From Deltaproteobacteria bacterium (GTDB lineage: Bacteria; Desulfobacterota; Desulfobacteria; Desulfobacterales; C00003060), in contig JAFDFO010000003.1 of NCBI GenBank assembly GCA_019309815.1, forward strand, positions 1 through 38,974: a stretch of DNA of 38,974 bases, read 5' to 3'. Made by a program: the position numbers and the translations under genes. Under the pieces are notes generated by a model that saw nothing but the letters and a program-made list of their open reading frames with translations, was not told the DNA's origin and made no database searches. Positions within the stretch are counted from its first letter, which is position 1; every line of letters begins with the position of its first letter. This document shows positions 1-8,281 of this stretch, piece by piece.

Positions 1-66
1 CTTAGCAGCTCAACCGCAAGTGCGCGATAAGCCGGTCAATGTTTTTTTCTTCCTGAAAAACATCAT
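1..66 (-). CDS. selD: Selenide, water dikinase (selenophosphate synthetase), 5' fragment with in-frame UGA (Sec)
   Basis: Minus strand reads MMFFRKKKTLTGLSRTCG-UGA-AAK to the window edge (UGA at 10-12). This matches the SelD N-terminal LT..S...G[C/U]AAK motif. AGGAG RBS at 71-75, with ATG at 66 or 63. Gene continues off the left edge, so SECIS is not visible. Confidence 0.85.
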
Positions 67-135
67 CCATCTCCTATTCTACGAAAGTGTATCTATTGTG
101 ATCTCACTAAACAAGTGGATTCTGTTGGGCATTCG

Positions 136-714
136 CTATGGGCGAAGCACACTCAAAATCCGATTGAACCCGGCTGAAAGTTTTGTATCCCGAGCACACA
201 GGAACTCCAAATCAGCTTGGGCCACAAGCTCGGGACGGGCCTCCAGAATCAGCCGAGCCGCTGCCTGGGCTGCTTTTCCGGTATGGAGTGTGCACAGCTT
301 CATCAAGGCCTTTTGATCGTGGCGAACTTTTTTTGTCAGGACTTTGCAGCAAGTGGATCCGAATTCGGATCGAAAGAGGTCATGCAGTTCTCTGCCTTTA
401 ACCTGGACTGTCTTGAGCCCCCTAGCGCCCAAGCCCTGCCGGCCGAGGAACAATCCCACGGCCATCAAGGCCCCGCTGAAACCTCCGCAAGCGCAGCCGG
501 CTCCGCCAATGCCCTCGGAAAAAGGAGAGGCGATCCGAATGGCGGCCTCCGGGGGCAGCCCCCCTTCCAATCCTTGATTCAGCGTGTGGAGAACAGCCTC
601 GGAGCAGAGGAGTTGGTGGGTCTTGAAGAGGTTTTCCGCCCGGCGGCGGATCAGGCCCACCAACTCGTCAGCGCTTCGGGCCAAAGTGACTTCGTTTGTG
701 TCTTTTAGTGACAT
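136..714 (-). CDS. C-GCAxxG-C-C family putative redox-active protein
   Basis: LLCSEAVL, GGAGCACGGFSG, STCC and late CT..TG motifs. Start taken at MSLKD (714), just after the upstream stop at 722. Confidence 0.85.
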   Translation of the reverse strand: MSLKDTNEVTLARSADELVGLIRRRAENLFKTHQLLCSEAVLHTLNQGLEGGLPPEAAIRIASPFSEGIGGAGCACGGFSGALMAVGLFLGRQGLGARGLKTVQVKGRELHDLFRSEFGSTCCKVLTKKVRHDQKALMKLCTLHTGKAAQAAARLILEARPELVAQADLEFLCARDTKLSAGFNRILSVLRP

Positions 715-721
715 CGACTGT

Positions 722-1270
722 CTATTTGACTTTCTCAACCGGATAATTCGCTTCTTTCCACCCCTTGATACCGCCGGGGTATCGGTAGACGTTTTTGTAG
801 CCAAGCTTAACCGCCCACATGGCTCCGTTGTGACTCCGGTCGCATTTGACGAAGCCGCAATACACCACAATTGTCTTGTTCTTGTCCGGACCCAGGAGCT
901 TCGCATAATCCTCTTTGCTCTTGCCGGCTGTCTCAGATGTATTCCACGCCGTCATATCACCTGCTTTGGGAAACAAGAACTGAACAGCACCCGGCACATG
1001 GCCTTTCTTGTAGCCGGCCTCGAAGGGCATGGTGTCGACAATGACCATGTCTTTCTTGTTGTCTATCCAGGCCTTGAGTTCATCTGTGGTAACGATTTGG
1101 TATCCACCTCTCTGAACTTCTCTGACCAGATTCACAGAAATCTTTTCCGTCTCGAGCTCCTTTTTGCCAAGGCAAAGCCCGTTGCTCGCCAGACCCAGAG
1201 TAAAGATCACACACATCAAAACCACCAAAGACGCTTTTCTGTCACACATCCTTTTGCATTCCCCTTTCAT
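722..1270 (-). CDS. Exported rhodanese-like (sulfur/selenium transferase) protein
   Basis: Hydrophobic signal-like N-terminus, VIVDTMP, GHVPGA, active-site loop VVYCGFVKCDRS, YPGGIKGW. Start at 1270 or 1249. Confidence 0.9.
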   Translation of the reverse strand: MKGECKRMCDRKASLVVLMCVIFTLGLASNGLCLGKKELETEKISVNLVREVQRGGYQIVTTDELKAWIDNKKDMVIVDTMPFEAGYKKGHVPGAVQFLFPKAGDMTAWNTSETAGKSKEDYAKLLGPDKNKTIVVYCGFVKCDRSHNGAMWAVKLGYKNVYRYPGGIKGWKEANYPVEKVK

Positions 1271-1283
1271 GATATTTGACAGT

Positions 1284-1802
1284 TTATGAAGCAGTCTGTC
1301 TGAGCCTTCTTAGGGAGCTATCCCGTTTCACGAAGGCTTTCAGGGAAAAAATGTCCCGGGGGGAGGATCTGGTGGCCCAGCGCCACCAGAAAAGATAAAG
1401 CCCTGCGGCAAACATCCCCAAATCTCGATACAAAGCCAGCCTAAGAGAGCTGTGTTCCGCCAGCTCGTCTGCGGAAAAACAACCGCAGTCAATGTCCAGA
1501 TCCTTGAGGATTCCAAACCACAAGACAAAGGCGAACATTACCAGCAGAGCGAGGATGGTGGTCAAGCTGCCTCGCACATCGAAGATCAGGCAAAGCCCAG
1601 CCGCCAGCTCCACTGCCGGAAGACCGAACGCCACTGGTATCAGTAAGTTCTCCGGTACCAGTTCGTAGGTAGAGATGATGTTGGCAAAGCTTTCAACGTC
1701 TAAGAGCTTGGCCAAGCCGGCCCAGACAAAGATGGTTCCCAGGCTGACGCGGACCAGCCGATATGTCCACAAGGAGACCAGTATGTTTTTCAGGCTCTGC
1801 AA
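1284..1802 (-). CDS. MauE/DoxX family membrane protein
   Basis: R..LG.IF..AG.AK, LP.VEL..G, DIDCGCF and RD motifs, about 4 TM segments. TTG start behind a GGAGAGG-type RBS. Confidence 0.88.
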   Translation of the reverse strand: MQSLKNILVSLWTYRLVRVSLGTIFVWAGLAKLLDVESFANIISTYELVPENLLIPVAFGLPAVELAAGLCLIFDVRGSLTTILALLVMFAFVLWFGILKDLDIDCGCFSADELAEHSSLRLALYRDLGMFAAGLYLFWWRWATRSSPRDIFSLKAFVKRDSSLRRLRQTAS

Positions 1803-2000
1803 TTAGGTTCCTCTCCCTGCTCCTGTTTTTCTGGTGAGGCAAGGGGTTGTTTTTGTAACCAAAAACTACTTGATAAAGCTTGTAGAAGTCCAATACTTAA
1901 TATCGATAGAAGCCGGGGGGTATTATAGAAAATATCTATGGGAGAGAAGGTTGGCCGGTTGGACCCGTTTTGCCGGTTAAGCCCGTTTCTTGGTGCACAA

Positions 2001-2065
2001 AGATTTCTCGCTTCCGCCTTCGTCGAGCCCACAGTACTTCGGGGAACAGGTCGCTCGAAATGACA
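2001..2065. repeat. REP-like hairpin element (AGATTTCTCGCTTCGCTCGAAATGACA type) interrupted by a 38-nt insert
   Basis: 2001-2012 and 2051-2065 rejoin into an imperfect palindrome. 2013-2050 (TCCGCCTTCG...GAACAGG) is the intervening piece. Confidence 0.55.
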
Positions 2066-2078
2066 AGACGGAAGAGTC

Positions 2079-2128
2079 GTAGGGGCGGGGTTTATCCCCG
2101 CCCGGGCGGGCATAAAGCCCGCCCCTAC
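2079..2128. repeat. Inverted pair of GTAG-type REP sequences
   Basis: GTAGGGGCGGGGTTTATCCCCGCCC immediately followed by the inverted copy GGGCGGGCATAAAGCCCGCCCCTAC. Each copy has GTAG at the foot of a GC-rich hairpin. Confidence 0.8.
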
Positions 2129-2183
2129 ATCACTGGTTCTTCAAGATAGCAAAGGGCGTTAGATGAGATTTTGAAATGACTTC

Positions 2184-4103
2184 TTAGGTGAGGCGGGTGC
2201 CGGGTTCAGCGGGCCCGTCCACAGTGACCAACCGGCAGGTCCCCTTGTTCGTGGCAGTCAAGACCATCCCGTGCGACAGGATGCCCATCAACTTGGTGGG
2301 TTTGATGTTTGCCACAACAACGACTTGTTTTCCAATCAAATCTTCAGGATCGTAGTTTTCCGCGATTCCAGCAACCACGGTCTGGTTTTTCCCCATATCT
2401 ATCTTCAATTTGAGAAGCTTTTTTGATCTTGGCACAGGTTCGGCATCAAGGACCGTGGCGACGCGAAGATCCATTTTTTGAAACGCTTCCAGGGGAATCT
2501 CGGCCTTTTCGGAGATGGATGCTTGCTTTGACATGTTTGCCTCGCGGTCTGAGGACTGAACTTTAGTTTGCTCGATCCTTGGAAAGAGGGTAAGCGTTTT
2601 CGGGAGCTGGGTGCCGGGAGCTGTCTTCCCCCAAACGCTGAGGTCCGCAAGTGTCTGGAATGATTCTGGCGATGACATGGCCAGATGTTCTTGCATGATT
2701 CGGGCGGTCCGCGGCATGACGGGATAAATCAGCCCGGCAATGATACGGAGCCCCTCAATGATATTATACAGGACTGTCTGCAATTCTTCGTGCAGCTCCT
2801 TCCTCTTGGCAAGTTCCCACGGGGCAGTCACATCAATGTATTTGTTGATGTGGTTGATGAATTCCCAAATCGCCATCAGGGCCTTGTGAAAGGCATATTC
2901 CTCCATGGCTTCATGATAATCCTGCAATGCCTTCTCAGAGTTGGCTACCAAGGCCGAGTCCAGACCGCTTTCCGTCCCCGGGACCGCTTGTGGGACTACC
3001 CCTTTAAAGTATTTGTGAACCATGGTCAGGCTGCGACTGAACAGGTTCCCAAGGTCATTAGCCAAATCTGAGTTGTAGCGTTGAATAAAGGCCTCTTCAT
3101 TGAAGCTCGAATCAAGACCGAAGACCATCTCCCGCATCAGGAAATAGCGAAATGCATCTGCGCCGTACACTCCTTTTAACTCAAGGGGATCTACGACATT
3201 CCCAAGACTCTTTGACATCTTGGTTTCGTCCACATTCCAGTAGCCATGAACGTTCAGGTGCTGATAGAGCGGGATCCCTGCTGCCCTTAACATGATCGGC
3301 CAGTATATGCCGTGCGGTTTGAGGATGTCTTTTGCTACCAGGTGGGAGACACCGGGCCACAACTTCTCAAAGAGTTCACCATCAGGGTATCCCAAGGCAG
3401 AGACATAGTTTAGAAGGGCATCGAACCAGACATACGTCACGTAGTTGTCATCAAAGGGGAGGGTAATGCCCCATTGAAGCCGACTCTTAGGACGAGAAAT
3501 GCAGAGATCCTCGAGAGGTTCCCGCAAGAAGGCGAGCACCTCATTCTTGTAACGTTCGGGGCGTATGAAGTCAGAATTCGTGTTGACGTAATCGATGAGC
3601 CACTGTTGATATTTGCTCATCCTGAAGAAGTAATTGGATTCGCGGATCACTTCAGGAATCGTCTTGTGGTCCGGACACCTGCCATCTACCAGCTCACGTT
3701 CTGAATAGAACCGCTCACATCCAAAGCAGTATGCGCCTTCGTATTCACTAAAGTAAATGTCTCCGCTATCATAGATTTGTTGGAGGACTTCCTTAACAAC
3801 CTTGATGTGCGCCGGGTCTGTGGTTCGTATAAAGTAGTCATATTCTATATCGAGTTCGGGCCACATGGCTTTGAACAGTCCGCTGATCTGATCCGCGTAT
3901 GCCAGCGGGCTCATGCCCTCGTCCTTGGCTGCTTGGACCACTTTGTCACCATGTTCATCCGTCCCTGTGAGAAAATAGGTCTCCTCGCCGCAGATCTTGC
4001 GGAATCGATTCAAGACGTCGGCAACCACCGTTGTATAGGCATGCCCAAGGTGGGGACGGGCATTCACGTAGTAGATAGGGGTAGTAATGTAGAATACACT
4101 CAC
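2184..4103 (-). CDS. metG: Methionyl-tRNA synthetase with C-terminal tRNA-binding domain
   Basis: YITTPIYYVN, HLGH, TGTDEHG, zinc knuckle CFGCE..CPDH, KMSKS, C-terminal OB-fold (DLRVA...VVAGIA...SHGM). Confidence 0.98.
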   Translation of the reverse strand: MSVFYITTPIYYVNARPHLGHAYTTVVADVLNRFRKICGEETYFLTGTDEHGDKVVQAAKDEGMSPLAYADQISGLFKAMWPELDIEYDYFIRTTDPAHIKVVKEVLQQIYDSGDIYFSEYEGAYCFGCERFYSERELVDGRCPDHKTIPEVIRESNYFFRMSKYQQWLIDYVNTNSDFIRPERYKNEVLAFLREPLEDLCISRPKSRLQWGITLPFDDNYVTYVWFDALLNYVSALGYPDGELFEKLWPGVSHLVAKDILKPHGIYWPIMLRAAGIPLYQHLNVHGYWNVDETKMSKSLGNVVDPLELKGVYGADAFRYFLMREMVFGLDSSFNEEAFIQRYNSDLANDLGNLFSRSLTMVHKYFKGVVPQAVPGTESGLDSALVANSEKALQDYHEAMEEYAFHKALMAIWEFINHINKYIDVTAPWELAKRKELHEELQTVLYNIIEGLRIIAGLIYPVMPRTARIMQEHLAMSSPESFQTLADLSVWGKTAPGTQLPKTLTLFPRIEQTKVQSSDREANMSKQASISEKAEIPLEAFQKMDLRVATVLDAEPVPRSKKLLKLKIDMGKNQTVVAGIAENYDPEDLIGKQVVVVANIKPTKLMGILSHGMVLTATNKGTCRLVTVDGPAEPGTRLT

Positions 4104-4906
4104 GCAGCTGTCTCCTCGATGACCTGATCCAATCCGACGTCCAGCTCATCACCCTCGTCGGTCTTGATGGTGATTGATTCCTTCAACATATTTTGTCTAA
4201 GTACCTTGCCGTTCCCCAACTTCGTCCGGATCCGTTTTCCGGTTTCCGGGAACTTACATTTGAGATCACAGTATGCTTTGTGTTCAAAGGCTAAACAGCA
4301 CATCAGTCGTCCACACAGGCCCGAAATCTTGGACGGATTCAGCAAAAGGCCTTGCTCTTTGGCCATTCGAATTGACACAGGCTCGAAGTCTTTCATGAAG
4401 GTGGCACAGCAGAGAGTATGTCCGCACCTTCCGATTCCACCGCATATCTTTGCCCGGTTGCGCACGCCGATCTGGCGGAGTTCAATACGCATCCGGTACT
4501 CCTTGGTTAGCATCTTAACCAATTCCCGAAAATCGACGCGCCCATCGGCTGTGAAATAAAAGGTAAGCTTGGTGACATCAAATTGGCTTCGCACAGAAAC
4601 GAGGTTCATTTCCAGCCCAAGTTCATTGATGCATTTCTGGCAGTAGACACGGGATTTCTTTTCCATGTCCACGTTCTTTGTGTGTTGGGCCATATCCCGT
4701 TCGTTTGCCAGGCGGTAGACCTTCTTCATAGGAATCTTCGACTCTTCCTCGGTCGCCGGTCTGGGGGGTGTGGCTACAGAGCCGAACTCCAGCCCGTTCT
4801 CGGTCTCCACAATGACCTGACTGCCGGGGGAGAGCACAAACAGACCGGCATCAAGGGTGTACATCCTGCCTCCCGGTCCTACGCTTACGCCGACGATTTT
4901 ACCCAT
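4100..4906 (-). CDS. ricT: PSP1-domain / stage 0 sporulation family protein (YaaT/RicT)
   Basis: FYFTADGRVDFRELVK, RIELRQIGVR, GGIGRCG..LCC, KISGLCGRLMCCL. Start at MGKIV. Confidence 0.93.
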   Translation of the reverse strand: MGKIVGVSVGPGGRMYTLDAGLFVLSPGSQVIVETENGLEFGSVATPPRPATEEESKIPMKKVYRLANERDMAQHTKNVDMEKKSRVYCQKCINELGLEMNLVSVRSQFDVTKLTFYFTADGRVDFRELVKMLTKEYRMRIELRQIGVRNRAKICGGIGRCGHTLCCATFMKDFEPVSIRMAKEQGLLLNPSKISGLCGRLMCCLAFEHKAYCDLKCKFPETGKRIRTKLGNGKVLRQNMLKESITIKTDEGDELDVGLDQVIEETAA

Positions 4907-4944
4907 GATGGCTCCACAAAAAGTGTCCAAAAGAACAAAAAACT

Positions 4945-5205
4945 ATCACGAAAGCACGAAAGAAAACGAAAGCACGAAAAGCCTAACAATAAACAACTAT
5001 TATGAAAACACGTGATGTTCTCAAGGCACAAGCCGCAAAAGAAGAGAAAGCACGAAACAAGAGAGATGTAAACATTAGTTTACAACCCCCTCCAATTCGT
5101 TGGCGGTGCATGATCTTGTGATGACGTTCGTCCATTATATCTATCTCTTTCGTGCTTTTCTTTCACTTTCGTGTTTTGCGGCTGCGCCTTATACTGAAGC
5201 GTGAT
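4945..5205. repeat. Intergenic element bounded by inverted (AT)CACGAAA tandem arrays
   Basis: Left arm ATCACGAAAGCACGAAAGAAAACGAAAGCACGAAA (4945-4979), second direct copy at 5001-5057, inverted right arm 5148-5205 abutting the holB stop. Confidence 0.8.
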
Positions 5206-6191
5206 TAATTTCTTCCATCACCTCTCCGGAGGTGCAGGAGCATCACCTCTATGGTCAGCCGGGCATTGGCGTTTTTAGAGAGGGCCTTTTGTGCAGAATG
5301 CACAGCTTCCACTTTTTCCAAGAGCGAACTAACTGACTCCCTTTGCGAAGCCAACCGGAGCTTGGCCTCAAAGTCCTCATTAATAATCCTGTCCGGAGTG
5401 ACCTTGAACATAAGAACGTCCCTGAACCACATCATGATCATCTCCAGAGCATCGGCGAGTCTATCCTTGGCTCCGGACAAGGTCTCCGCAAAGGCAAAGA
5501 GAGGCTGAATCGTCTCTCCGGAAAGCGTTGAAATCTGCTCAACGAGACTGCTACGCCACGCTTTCCACTTTTCTACATCCATTGACAGCGCCTTGCCGAG
5601 GCTTCCCTTTGTTGTTATTGCCAGCGTCCTCGCCGTTTGCCTGTCAAGCCCCCGGTCCTCAATCAAAAGCTGCGCCACTTTTTCGTGGGGAATCGGCCTG
5701 AAAGCAATTTGCTGACACCGAGAGACAATCGTGGGAAGCAGGTCTGTTGTCTGACTTGCAGTAAGGATGAAGATTGTATGCTTGGGCGGTTCCTCCAAGA
5801 TCTTGAGCATAGCATTCGATGCTTCAAGGTTCATTGCTTGGGCATCATTGATGATCATGATCCGCCAGCCTCCCTCAAGGGGGGCGAATCTCAGCTGCCT
5901 GGATATGTCCCGCACCTGGTTAATCTTGATGAATACCCCATCAGGTTCTACGGTGACCATGTCCGGGTGGGATCCGGAAATTATCTTGTGACACGAGGCA
6001 CACTTTCCACAAGCCGACACGCCCACAGGATTCGGGCAGTTGAGCGCCATGCCCAAGGTTATAGCCGTCCTCTGTCTACCAATCCCGTCTACTCCCGTAA
6101 ACAGCAAGGCGGTGGGAATACTCCTCTTCTCAAGCATTTGGGTCAAGAACCGAGCGGGGCGTTCTTGGCCAATGATAGCATCAAACACCAT
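5205..6191 (-). CDS. holB: DNA polymerase III delta' subunit
   Basis: F..IIGQ, ALLFTG..GIG, zinc motif C...CGKCASC, HPD, A.NAMLKILEEPP, LLPTIVSRCQ. Sits upstream of PSP1-metG. Confidence 0.96.
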   Translation of the reverse strand: MVFDAIIGQERPARFLTQMLEKRSIPTALLFTGVDGIGRQRTAITLGMALNCPNPVGVSACGKCASCHKIISGSHPDMVTVEPDGVFIKINQVRDISRQLRFAPLEGGWRIMIINDAQAMNLEASNAMLKILEEPPKHTIFILTASQTTDLLPTIVSRCQQIAFRPIPHEKVAQLLIEDRGLDRQTARTLAITTKGSLGKALSMDVEKWKAWRSSLVEQISTLSGETIQPLFAFAETLSGAKDRLADALEMIMMWFRDVLMFKVTPDRIINEDFEAKLRLASQRESVSSLLEKVEAVHSAQKALSKNANARLTIEVMLLHLRRGDGRN

Positions 6192-6744
6192 CTGTATCGT
6201 TCTTCTCCACAAACCACCACTCATCTGAGGCGGTATTCAGGATCTCTTTTGCGATGGATTGACCAGCACTGGTTCTAACCCGGCCTACCACATGGGGAAG
6301 CCAGCTTTCGGGTCCATCGTTTCCTGCATCTTGCAGGGCTTTCAGTTCCAAGACAAGGGCGAGTTGATCCGCGTCATGGGCAAGCTGCGCTTCCAGGGTC
6401 TCTGCCCCATTGAACTCTTCTATGAGGTCGGCCACGGCCTCACCAAAGGGAAGATTTTCCGTAAGATCTTCAACAGCCCGAGATTCATCAACTGCAAGGT
6501 ACTTCTTTTGAACATAGTTCAGATCACCGGTTCTGGCTTCCGTGAGATCATGAATCAGGCACATCTGAAGAAGTTTCAGCGCGTCTGCTTCCGGGACCAC
6601 ATGCGACAGGACATAACCTATGAAGGTCGTCATGAAGCTGTGATCAGCCACTGATTCACTGCCAGACCCCAGGAAGTTGAACCCGGACCTTGGAATGCCT
6701 TTCAGGATTCGGGCCTCAAAAAGGAGGTTTGCTATGGATTTCAT
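6181..6744 (-). CDS. HD-domain hydrolase (YfbR/HDDC2-like 5'-deoxynucleotidase family)
   Basis: LK.IPRSG, ESVADHS, LIHDLTEARTGD, DAD.L motifs. Confidence 0.88.
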   Translation of the reverse strand: MKSIANLLFEARILKGIPRSGFNFLGSGSESVADHSFMTTFIGYVLSHVVPEADALKLLQMCLIHDLTEARTGDLNYVQKKYLAVDESRAVEDLTENLPFGEAVADLIEEFNGAETLEAQLAHDADQLALVLELKALQDAGNDGPESWLPHVVGRVRTSAGQSIAKEILNTASDEWWFVEKNDTDGV

Positions 6745-6834
6745 AAATGCTGTAGCTGCCGATCTCTGGAATATGGTGTTATTTATAAGCGTTTGGCGAA
6801 ATTTCCGGGTTTCATGGCTTCATCCGCAAAGAAC

Positions 6835-6902
6835 CAGGCCAGAGGCAAGAGGCCAGGGGCCAGAGGAAAACCTATTGCCTCTCGCCCATTGCCTCAAGCC
6901 TG
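6835..6902. repeat. Inverted heptamer tandem array (CAGAGGC-like / GCCTCTN-like)
   Basis: CAGGC-CAGAGGC-AAGAGGC-CAGGGGC-CAGAGG, AAAA loop, then CCTATTG-CCTCTCG-CCCATTG-CCTCAAG-CCTG. Confidence 0.75.
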
Positions 6903-7003
6903 ATGAAGTCGACCATACTGCTCAACGCTTGTATTCAATATTCCGTGTGTTTTCAGAGTTTACATTTATACAAAAGGGGGGAGTAAGGCAACCGGAAAAT
7001 GAC

Positions 7004-7032
7004 TTGACACCCTCAAGAACGTCATATAACTT
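7004..7032 (+). promoter_or_regulatory. Candidate sigma70 promoter for the tol-pal operon
   Basis: TTGACA (7004-7009), 17-nt spacer, TAACTT (7027-7032), about 90 nt upstream of tolQ. Confidence 0.55.
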
Positions 7033-7119
7033 CGCTCCAAAATTACACATTTTGCAAAGCTGCGTTAAGGAGAAATGACGCATTGAAAGACAGAACCCTA
7101 CCTTATTGAAAGGTGTGCC

Positions 7120-7845
7120 ATGTTGGAAGCAACGAGCAGCGACATCATTCACATGATCATTTACGCGGGCCCGATGGTTCGTCTTGTCCTATTGTTACTG
7201 CTGTTCTTTTCGGTCGTTTCCTGGGCCATCATCTTCGCGAAGTATCGGTCTATTAGAAAAGCCCGAAGAGAATCGGCCCATTTCCTTGACATCTTTTGGA
7301 ATAGCCGTGATCTTGCCGAGGCCTTTGCAGCCTCAAAACGTCTTCGGCAAAGCCCCGTTGCGAGGGTATTTCGTGTAGCTTATGTCGAACTCAGAAGGGT
7401 GAACAAATCACAGCCGGCGGCCACGGGTGACATCAATACGGACGAGGGATTGCTGACTCAAAACATGGTTGCTGGTGATAACGTCAAAAGGGCGCTGCGG
7501 CGAGCCGTCAACATGGAACTGACCGGACTGGGCAAGGCCCTGCCTTTCTTGGCAACGACCGGGAACACAACACCTTTCATCGGTCTTTTTGGAACGGTTT
7601 GGGGGATCATGAACGCCTTTCGAGGCATCGGCCTGAAAGGTTCCGCAAGTTTGGCGGTGGTGGCCCCAGGCATTTCAGAGGCCCTCATTGCAACGGCTGC
7701 AGGATTGGCTGCGGCAATACCAGCCGTTGTGGCCTTCAATTATTTCAACAATAAGGTCCATATTCTGGAATCAGAGATGCAGAATTTCTCGGCCGACTTC
7801 TTGAACCTCGTAGAACGAGACCTCATGAGGCGAAGGGGGAATTAG
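7120..7845 (+). CDS. tolQ: TolQ (MotA/TolQ/ExbB family)
   Basis: [45 protein letters not shown]. First gene of the tol-pal cluster. Confidence 0.95.
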   Translation: MLEATSSDIIHMIIYAGPMVRLVLLLLLFFSVVSWAIIFAKYRSIRKARRESAHFLDIFWNSRDLAEAFAASKRLRQSPVARVFRVAYVELRRVNKSQPAATGDINTDEGLLTQNMVAGDNVKRALRRAVNMELTGLGKALPFLATTGNTTPFIGLFGTVWGIMNAFRGIGLKGSASLAVVAPGISEALIATAAGLAAAIPAVVAFNYFNNKVHILESEMQNFSADFLNLVERDLMRRRGN

Positions 7846-7849
7846 ACGC

Positions 7850-8278
7850 ATGTCTATACAAGGTGGCAATAGCAGTTCCTTCATGTCGGACATAAACGTA
7901 ACGCCTCTGGTAGATGTCATGTTGGTTCTGCTCATCATTTTCATGGTCACAGCCCCGATGATGATGCAGGGGGTTAACGTGTCACTGCCAAAGACCACGT
8001 CCAAGGCGCTTCCTGCTGAAAAAGAGCATCTGATTATCACGATCGACCGTAGCCAGCAGGTTTACATTAATGACTACAAGGTTTCATTGGAGGCTCTGCA
8101 ACTCAAGCTCAAGAGGATCTATGAAGGCCGTCGTGACCGCAAGGTCTACCTTCGAGCTGACAAGGGTGTGCCTTACGGCGTTGTCGTGCGAGTGATGGCA
8201 GAAGTGAAGAACGCTGGTGTGGAGAAGTTGGGGATGGTCACCGAGCCGATGAAGGAGACCGCCAAGAGGCAAAAATAG
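7850..8278 (+). CDS. tolR: TolR
   Basis: INVTPLVDVMLVLLIIFMVTAP, LRADKGVPYGVVV. Confidence 0.95.
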   Translation: MSIQGGNSSSFMSDINVTPLVDVMLVLLIIFMVTAPMMMQGVNVSLPKTTSKALPAEKEHLIITIDRSQQVYINDYKVSLEALQLKLKRIYEGRRDRKVYLRADKGVPYGVVVRVMAEVKNAGVEKLGMVTEPMKETAKRQK

Positions 8279-8281
8279 CCC

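Noticed and set aside
715-906. 64-aa N-terminal extension of the 256-aa ORF
   Set aside because: Overlaps the rhodanese gene in another frame. The family-like sequence starts at Met 714.
1790-2113. 107-aa minus-strand ORF
   Set aside because: Translation of REP-like repeats and promoter DNA, with no protein features.
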